From: Trichosphaerium sp. ATCC 40318
Lineage: Eukaryota; Protista; Tubulinea
Direction: 5' to 3'
NCBI GenBank assembly: GCA_038496445.1
Contig: JALMLS010000522.1
Coordinates: forward strand, 1 to 40,614
Length of the DNA stretch: 40,614 bases
Position 1 is the first letter of the stretch; every line of letters starts with the position of its first letter. This document shows, piece after piece, positions 32,968-40,614 of this stretch. The position numbers were made by a program, and so were the translations under genes. The notes under the pieces are model-generated. The model had not been told where the DNA came from. It was given only the letters and a program-made list of their open reading frames with translations, and did no database searches.

Positions 32968-34387
32968 ATGTCTTCAGTTGATCAAGAAGTAATCAATCTT
33001 GCTCACCAAACTCGTAATGCACTTGTTATTACTAAAAAACGCGATGTTCCATCGATTGTACCAAGGCTAACAAGAAATGAAGTCATGGATAAACTGGAAG
33101 GTCAACTAACGAGTGAACTACTTGTAGAGAAAGTCTCTTGGCTTTACGCTCAATATATTTCAGCACTAAAAAAGCTTGAAGTAATTGTTGCAAACAAAGT
33201 TAAAGAGACAAAAGACGTACTAGAAGAACCTGAAATGGCTAATTTGTTCCCCGAAGAACTAAAAGACCTTAAATTACACCTTATATCTGTAAAGTTTAAC
33301 GTTGTTCGCGATAATTACCAGGAACGGCTTCGCAACGCCATTACCAGGGAATTAAAACGCCAAAGCGAGGTTCCTGAGGCAACAAAAAGAATTCCAAAGC
33401 GTGCAACACGCATACTTACAAACTGGCTCTTCAAAAACGCGGCAGTACGTTTTAATACCTTATCGTAGACTAACGTCAAATAGAATCCTTACCCAACTGA
33501 AGCGGATATACATAAACTTGGATTTGTATGTGACATGACATGGGCCAAAATTAAGACATGGTTCAACAACAACCGTAATCGCCGCCGTGGAGACTTACAA
33601 AAATGGCTTGTCGATCGTGGTATTATTCCTACTCCTAAAACATCAAAAGCTCGTCGCAAAAAGAACCTTTCCGGTATCCCAGCTGGTAGTGCGAAGCCTC
33701 TGAGAGCTAAACGTAGACCTAAATTAAAAGCCAAGAAAGTGCAAAAAAAGCCAGTAGAAAAGGAAGTTGTTGTTGTTGAACAACCGCCTCCTCAGTTCTT
33801 TCCTGCCACTCAACCATCTCCTGAACCTCAACCTATTCCTATCGATCTCACCAACGAACTTTCTCAACCTCAGGCCGTTCCTATGGATGTAACCAACGAA
33901 CAATCTCAAACTATATTATTCCCTGTCGTACAAAGCCAACCTCCTCAACCTCAATTTACTCCAGCAAATGAAGATCAATTTGATATCCTTTCAATTCCAC
34001 CTTTACCAATGCTCGTGGATGATATTCATCTTGACGGTGCATTGCCAAGTACGTTTTTACGCTTACAAACGGAATGATCTTGTTCTGATAGTTTTTTTAG
34101 CTTCTTATTTTGAAGATACGTTACCACTGCCACTGTTCGGTGTTGACGATATACACAAAAACGAACCTGACTTCTTCAACAACGAGATGTCCGGTTTTGA
34201 TATGGATGAAGACATGGGATACAGTAACATGCCTACTGCATTCCAAGATTCGCCAGACATGATGTTCAATGCTATGGGAGAATTAACTTTACCAAACTTG
34301 TACACTGATGATTTCAACAATAGCCGTATCCCTGAAAAAACAGCAGATCCTTTCTTCTATCATACCATGGATGCTGAATATATTTAG
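32968..34387 (+). CDS. TALE homeodomain protein HB5 (A-type); introns 33445-33483 and 34049-34100
   Basis: KRIPKRATRILTNWLFKNAA|NPYPTEADIHKLGFVCDMTWAKIKTWFNNNRNRRR; P/Q-rich and acidic C-terminus. Confidence 0.92.
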
Positions 34388-34727
34388 TCGTATTAATGTC
34401 CACAACCTATGTAGCTTTCGAATAAACTATAAATATATATTTCATTGAGTTTCTCTTTTTGTATGGTTCACTTTATGTACAAATAAGAATGTTAAACACA
34501 ATCTTCGCAGCGTTACACATATTTTCTTTGCGCTTCGGTAATTTAAAAGATGTGCTTTACGTGTTATAGAATACCATATGGTTGACAACTTTTTCTTTTT
34601 CCTCATGCCAAAAAAAGATTGCGAAAAGAAAACAAGGTGGTTTATTATGAAGTACAAGGCTAAGATTACAATTGAATATCTTTTGTTTAGCTCTAGACAG
34701 TAATTTGCGATTGCTACCAAATTGGTT

Positions 34728-35261
34728 CTATTTCTCGGTCTTCACACGTTTGAGCGCTCTTTTGTTTCTTTCGGCTTCCATACGGCGTTTATTGTCCTTC
34801 TTGGTATGTCCACGGCGACGACGGGTATTTGTGAACCACACCTTAACTTGAGCAACGCGCAGACCAGCTATTTCAGCGATTTCAATACATTGACCATGAT
34901 TTGGATATGGTAGTGGAATGTGAGGAGTGTACCAATCTTCCATGACTTGAATGGCTCTTGAAACATGGTTTGCTGGACGATTGTGACCATTCGTGTGTGG
35001 AATGGCAGTGTTGTATGTGTTTTCGTAGTGAGTGAGCATTGCATTAATATTGTTGAGGAGACCTTGCTGTTGATCTCTTGCTATCTCTTGCAACAGGTTG
35101 CTAACAATGTTGTCACGTTTTTCAACAATGCTAAGGCACATTTTTGTGAATTTTTCAACGATAGCTGAATCGACGTGTGAGATATCAGGAGCGAATCCAA
35201 TTACTTTATCGCCGTTGATCTCTACTAGCTTCTTGTATGCTTCAAATGCCATGTTGTTCAT
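34728..35261 (-). CDS. TALE homeodomain protein HB6 (B-type), intronless
   Basis: RPANHVSRAIQVMEDWYTPHIPLPYPNHGQCIEIAEIAGLRVAQVKVWFTNTRRRRGH. Confidence 0.93.
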   Translation of the reverse strand: MNNMAFEAYKKLVEINGDKVIGFAPDISHVDSAIVEKFTKMCLSIVEKRDNIVSNLLQEIARDQQQGLLNNINAMLTHYENTYNTAIPHTNGHNRPANHVSRAIQVMEDWYTPHIPLPYPNHGQCIEIAEIAGLRVAQVKVWFTNTRRRRGHTKKDNKRRMEAERNKRALKRVKTEK

Positions 35262-35419
35262 GTTGATGATGAGGTGTTGTTGTACTATTGCGATAATAAT
35301 GATTGTTTGAGTGTAAAATTTTAGACAACCAAATTCTAATTCACTGTTGATTGGTTTGCTTCTATTTTTACTTATTTTCCATAAAAAGCGCTAAATATAT
35401 AATCAATCTAAACGTTTGT

Positions 35420-35690
35420 ACCTTTTGTTGGAATAGCATCTTTGCGTGTTTTCGTATTAAGTGATCATTACATTGATATGGTTGAGAGGTCCTTGCTCTT
35501 GGTCTGTTGTTATTTCTTCCAAAAGGTTGCCAACAATCTCGTCACGTTTTTCAACAAAGTTGAGACACATGCTATTGAACTCGTCAACAATAGCTGGATT
35601 GAGGTGCGAAACATCAGGAGAATTTCCAATTACTTTGTCACTGTTGATTTCTAGAACCTTCTTATACGCTTCGAATGCCTTCGTGATGAG
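35420..35690 (-). pseudogene. HB7: truncated B-type copy, N-terminal domain only, no homeodomain
   Basis: KAFEAYKKVLEINSDKVIGNSPDVSHLNPAIVDEF...LNHINVMIT*YENT aligns with the HB6/HB8 N-termini. No ATG at the homologous start, premature TAA at 35459-35457, homology ends shortly after. Confidence 0.8.
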
Positions 35691-36063
35691 TTGGAAATTT
35701 GAGCGCCAAATATTTTTTTTACTACCAAATTCAGTAACCAATAAAGAAAGCCATAGATTCGTTGCCAAAAACCAAACATTGGAGAAAAGAAAGATACATA
35801 GCTAAATCAGCTATACCGCAATGATTCTCCGTTACAGTAGTTGATTGTTTCAGCTGGTATCGTTATGTACAATTAAATGGAATTTATGCTGGGTACAAGG
35901 AAGGGACTTTCTCAACGGAAATGGTCTTGTGGCTATTGATATTTATAGTCGTTCTGGACTTACTCATCAACGTATACAAAAAAAAAGAGGGACTCAGGGT
36001 ATTGACAACTAAGGATCGTAGTTTATTGTTATTAATTTAACTCTATAGAAAAGTACATCGGTT

Positions 36064-36597
36064 CTATTGTTCAGTTTTTACACGCTTCGCTTTGCTTTCT
36101 TCTTTTATTGAAGCCAATTTGCGTTTGTTTTCCTTGTGGGTATGTCCACGGCGACGGCGGGCGTTGATAAACCACACTCTGACTTGAGTAACACGTAGTC
36201 CAGCTTGCCTAGCGATTTGAATGTACTGATGATGATCTGGATATGGCTGTGGAATGCGAGGAGTGTACCAATCTTCCATGACTTGAATAGCATCTGCTGA
36301 ATGATTCGCTGGACGATTGTGACCATTTGTGTCAGGTATTGCAACATTGTAGGTGGTTTCGTAGTGGTGAATCATCCCTTGAAGGTCCTTGAGAGGTGAC
36401 TGTTCTTGATCGGTTGTTATCTCTTGCAAAAGGTTGGCAACAATCTTGTCACGTTTTTCAACAAAGTTGAGACATATTTTAGTGAACTCTTCAACGAGAG
36501 CTGAAGCGACGTGTGAGATATCAGGAGCGAATCCAATTACTTTATCGCCGTTGATTTCTACTATCTTCTTGTATGCTTCAAATGCCATGTTGTTCAT
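36064..36597 (-). CDS. TALE homeodomain protein HB8 (B-type), intronless
   Basis: Start MNNMAF by homology with HB6; IQVMEDWYTPRIPQPYPDHHQYIQIARQAGLRVTQVRVWFINARRRRGH. Confidence 0.93.
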   Translation of the reverse strand: MNNMAFEAYKKIVEINGDKVIGFAPDISHVASALVEEFTKICLNFVEKRDKIVANLLQEITTDQEQSPLKDLQGMIHHYETTYNVAIPDTNGHNRPANHSADAIQVMEDWYTPRIPQPYPDHHQYIQIARQAGLRVTQVRVWFINARRRRGHTHKENKRKLASIKEESKAKRVKTEQ

Positions 36598-37571
36598 GTT
36601 GATGATGAGGTGTTGTTGTTGTACTATTGCGATAAAAATGATCGTTTGAGTGTAAAATTTTAGACAACCAAATTCTAATTCAGTGTTGATTGGTTTGCTT
36701 CTATTTTTATATATTTTCCTTTCAATTTGATGGACGAATACTATCAATCTATACACATGATTGATACACTTGTTTGGATCAACAGAGGTGAGAGGTTCGA
36801 AAAAATCAATCATCACTGAACAAAAACAAGCTTCTTTCTTGAGCAGAAACTGAGCTTTCTAGCGTTTACTACCAAGTACTACGTTGATTGTGTTCTTGGT
36901 TTCGTAGTTTAAAGTTTAGCCTAACTCTAACAAATGTTCATTCTAGACAATAACAACATTGTGGCATAGTTCGTAACGCTCAGAAAGTTCACATAGGAAC
37001 TCTATCAATCTGAATAAAACAAAATCTCAAACCAATCACCGCTGATCGAAAACAGCTTTCACTCACAAACTGGAAAACGGAATAATATCAATCTATCGTC
37101 GACCTGATAAGCAGCAATTTTTTGTTTACAGAAACATGCAAAGCGACTGGTACAAAAGAGTCGTAGGTCGAAAAACCGCGTCGGGGGAACAAAATGACTT
37201 CATTTTACACAAAGATAACCTCTTTTAGTCGAAAACAACAAAAAACAGCTTTAGGAGCTCGGTTTACAGTATTGACGGGAAATATGTAACAACAGAACAG
37301 TTTGTAAGGTAATGAGAGCAATCTTGCGTTCTTGCAATTCCAAAACGAGCATGTTTTGAATTTCGGCGTTTTACATCCTTACCCGACCTGGGAAGGATAT
37401 CTACAAGCTACCAGAGGTAGCCGAGAATACATACCGTACATTAAACACTCTCTAATGTACCGAAAAGAGAAATAAAAAAAGAACTCGAGAAAATACAAAT
37501 TAGGCGATTTTTAGTTACAAAATATTCGTTTTTATTAATTTAACAAGGGTTGTAATAGATAAAAGAATACA

Positions 37572-38111
37572 TTATTCGTCTGTATCATTCTTTGCTCGTT
37601 TTGCATTTCTTTTTGCTTTTTCAGCTTCCATTTTACGTTTGAGGTCCTTCCTTGTATGTCCACGGCGACTGCGTGTGTTAGAGAACCATACTCTTACTTG
37701 AGGAATAGATAGCTGCGCATTTTCAGCGATTTCGACTATTTGGTGGCGATCTGGATAAGGTAGTGGAAGATGTAGGGTGTACCAAGATTCCATTACTTGA
37801 ATTGAGGCACGCGAATGAGCCGCTGGGCGAACGTTACCTTTTTCGACAGGTATAGCTGGGTTATAAGTGTTTTCATACTGGCGGAGCATCCCGTTAATGT
37901 CGTTTAGCGGTGATTGTTCTTGGTCTCTTGCTATTTCTTCCAGAAGGTTGGCAACACTTTGTTCACGTTTTTCTACCAAGTCGAGGCAGGAGAAAACGTA
38001 TTTCTCAATGGTGGCTGGGTCAATGTGTGATATATCAGGTGCATCACCAATTACTTTATCACCGTTGATTTCTACTAGTTGCTTGTATGCTTCGAATGCC
38101 GTGGTGTCCAT
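37572..38111 (-). CDS. TALE homeodomain protein HB9 (B-type), intronless
   Basis: Start MDTTAF by homology; IQVMESWYTLHLPLPYPDRHQIVEIAENAQLSIPQVRVWFSNTRSRRGH. Confidence 0.93.
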   Translation of the reverse strand: MDTTAFEAYKQLVEINGDKVIGDAPDISHIDPATIEKYVFSCLDLVEKREQSVANLLEEIARDQEQSPLNDINGMLRQYENTYNPAIPVEKGNVRPAAHSRASIQVMESWYTLHLPLPYPDRHQIVEIAENAQLSIPQVRVWFSNTRSRRGHTRKDLKRKMEAEKAKRNAKRAKNDTDE

Positions 38112-39110
38112 GTTGATGAGGTGTGGTTGTAGTGTGATTGAAATTATATTGATATTTTTTGAGTGTAAAAAGTTGAGGTGGCCAAATTCTCGTTCACTGT
38201 TGATTGGTTCTGATAGATTTTTCGCCAATCGAGTGACACTATTATGAGCATACACTGTAAACAACGAAATAGCATTGCGGCTGTACAGGTATAGCCAGTT
38301 TAATCTCAAACTGGAACAGCTTTCGGACAAATATTAAATTCACAAAACTAACAATGAGCTAACAGCGTGCAAACATACGCTCATGTAGTTTTTAGAAAAC
38401 ATCGAGAGCGATTTATGAGATATCAATCAAACTCAATCAGCACTGAATTTGTTCCTTCTAATCGCTCACTTCGTCGTATCAATCTACGAGTTCACATTTT
38501 GAATATACTTTTAAAAAAAGCGCTATCTTTTTTAAAACCAATCTATAGTACAAAATACGCGTTGGTGGATAATATACGAACGTTCTACAGTATATATAAG
38601 CACATTGAATTCGTTGCAAAAAAAAAATACAACCCACGCAGTAATGTTTATGTCTGGGTCCTGTACTAGCAAGCTACGAATATTTTCGTTCGTGGGAACC
38701 TTTTTGGGAGTTGTTTCCACGCCAATTCCAAAACTAGCAAGTTCCGATTTCTGCATTTTACGTCCTTTCCGTACGTGAACAGAATTTAACAACAAAGCTA
38801 CCGTTCGATAAACAGGTTTCCGGCGCAAAATGCATCATACGGAATTTTTTTATTTTAAAACATCGATACAGACACAGTTTACTGTCGAGGTGTACTTCTA
38901 GTAGCATACAAAGCATTAATAAGAGTAAACTGTTAGATGGTTACAATTGCAGAGGCGTTAAATAAAACTAAAACAAAATCGCTAAACGAGTGCATCTACG
39001 CCTAGGGATACCATAACACAAAACAAAACAAGTATTATAAATCAATTATTTAATTGTCATTACATTTTTTTTGTACAATACCGCTGGCGATGCGCCATAG
39101 GCACAAGAGC

Positions 39111-39632
39111 TTACTTCTTCTCTTGTTTGGTTTTTTGACGCTTGGCAGCTTCTTTCGCTGCTTCTTCCTCGCGTTTACGCTTAGCTCTTGCTTCCTTGAT
39201 ACGAGTACGCCTGTTCTGAAACCACAAGCTTACTTGCCCTTCCTTTAAACCGCACTCAATAGCGATAATCTTCTTTTCTTGAGCTGTAATATAAGTTTTC
39301 TTGTTGTACCATTCCATTAGATAGTCAACAGTATCTTGTGGATGATTTCTTGGACGTCTTCTGCGAGGTGGAGGAGGTAGGTTTTCACCAGTTGCCTCAT
39401 TGTCGAATTGCTCATACAACACGTCGTCTTGGCCGAGTCCAAGGTTGGCTATCATACTTTTGATCATGTGTTCTGATTCGGCATCGATGGCAGATTGTTC
39501 GTGGATAGATAGTGCGCAAACTTGTTGCACTTCAAGGCTGTTAATGTCACCCAAGGATTCTGCGTCAAATTCAACGGTTTCGGATGTATTCATTGTAACC
39601 ATTTTCTCTATCATTGTAGCTGTTGTTGTCAT
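39111..39632 (-). CDS. Non-TALE (60-aa, Q50) homeodomain protein HB10, intronless
   Basis: RRRPRNHPQDTVDYLMEWYNKKTYITAQEKKIIAIECGLKEGQVSLWFQNRRTR; no three-residue loop extension. Start taken at MTTTAT; an upstream in-frame ATG exists at 39722. Confidence 0.9.
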   Translation of the reverse strand: MTTTATMIEKMVTMNTSETVEFDAESLGDINSLEVQQVCALSIHEQSAIDAESEHMIKSMIANLGLGQDDVLYEQFDNEATGENLPPPPRRRRPRNHPQDTVDYLMEWYNKKTYITAQEKKIIAIECGLKEGQVSLWFQNRRTRIKEARAKRKREEEAAKEAAKRQKTKQEKK

Positions 39633-40232
39633 TTTGTTGAGAGTTGTTGTTTCGACTGTTTGAGTTGTGAATAATGAATTCTTCGAGCAGAAATTTGGCA
39701 AAAATTGGCGTAGGTTCTTCATGTAATGTACTAGAATTTACTATCAATCATACCCTTTTATAGCCTAAATCAATGAAAAATAGGGCATGTGAATAGGAGG
39801 AAAGTGTGTATCCTTTCGGAACGTGGAAGGTAAAAACCAATATTTGAATTTTCCTTGATAGAAAAGTATATCACTCAGAAAGTTGGCCGCTCCACATCAA
39901 CCCAAAATAACTCTATACGATAATATTAACGTGTTTACAGGCATTCAGTAAGTGTGACCACGCTCAATAAACGTAGAAGACAGCAAAACCACAAGAATTG
40001 ACAAATAAATTCTGGGAGATATCAAAACGGCTGAGCTTTGTAAACACGCCGACCTTAAAGAACTACGCACATACACATTTTACACCATTGTTTGAGGCGG
40101 TTTAAAATAAAACCAAATAAACTCAATTTCGCAAAACAAAGCTTGCATTGTACACAATACATAAAATGAGTGTCAAGAAAATGGTTTTTATTAAACTTAC
40201 ACTTTTCCAAATATAGCAAGATTAGAACACTA

Positions 40233-40614
40233 TCAAGTTATCAATCTGTATTCTCTCGTTAATCTAACACATCTAAACCTAACGTAAAAATCATCTTTTG
40301 GTACTTTTCGGAACTTGCAGTGGAAGTACTCCACTTTTGGAACAATGTTTTGTACAGCTGTTCAAAAGCGTCAATTACTTCTTATTGGTTGTTTTAGCGT
40401 TTAGTACGTTGTTTTTCATCTTTTGCTTGTTTTTGTATGCGCCGTTTACGCCTTGCCTTACGGTTGTTAAACCAAGCATTAACCTGCTTGAAGGTAGTCC
40501 TGGTTGCTTCAGCAAGCTGCATCTTTTCTGATTTATTCGGCATTGGATGAGGCAAATGAGCTGTAAACCAATCTTCTAGCACTTTGGTAACTTCAGGAGG
40601 AAACGCACTACCTC
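40233..40614 (-). CDS. Divergent TALE homeodomain protein HB11, 5' end beyond window
   Basis: GSAFPPEVTKVLEDWFTAHLPHPMPNKSEKMQLAEATRTTFKQVNAWFNNRKARR. Ends at 40394 if unspliced, or at 40233 if a GTACTA..AACAG intron is removed. Confidence 0.85.

Noticed and set aside
36598-38330. Long N-terminal extensions of HB8 and HB9 given by the ORF track
   Set aside because: Alignment with HB6 places the starts at MNNMAF and MDTTAF; the extensions are AT-rich leader sequence opened at non-ATG or non-conserved codons.
20022-40614. True Hox/ANTP cluster
   Set aside because: Nine of ten homeodomains are TALE class, and the single Q50 gene lacks ANTP signatures (ELEKEF, hexapeptide).

Overview
AT-rich eukaryotic nuclear DNA, probably from a protist; the taxon cannot be assigned from this window. 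Introns are mostly 40-60 nt, with GTACGT/GTATGT/GTAAGT donors and CTAAC/TTAAC-like branch points. The window has two compartments. Left (1-19.2 kb): an NADP-dependent oxidoreductase, a secreted dermatopontin-like protein, a very divergent beta-tubulin, an array of mostly intronless F-box/LRR/MORN genes, a 24-bp minisatellite beside a gene-free hairpin island, and tRNA-Gln. Right (20-40.6 kb, running off the window): a dense homeobox cluster of 10 homeodomain genes plus one fragment. Four TALE genes carry a PBC-B-like N-terminal domain, four have B-type homeodomains (three with a weak KNOX/MEINOX-like N-terminus), one is a divergent TALE gene and one is a non-TALE Q50 gene. An augmin HAUS8/QWRF gene lies inside the cluster. 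One TALE gene has a U12-type AT-AC intron in its homeodomain that its paralogs lack. Another is split by an apparently intact Mutator (MULE) transposon with 59-bp TIRs and a 9-bp TSD. The best candidate for an undescribed system is this linked cluster of putative heterodimer partners, which resembles mating-type or life-cycle switch loci. All gene models and family calls were made by hand from remembered motifs; no database search was run.
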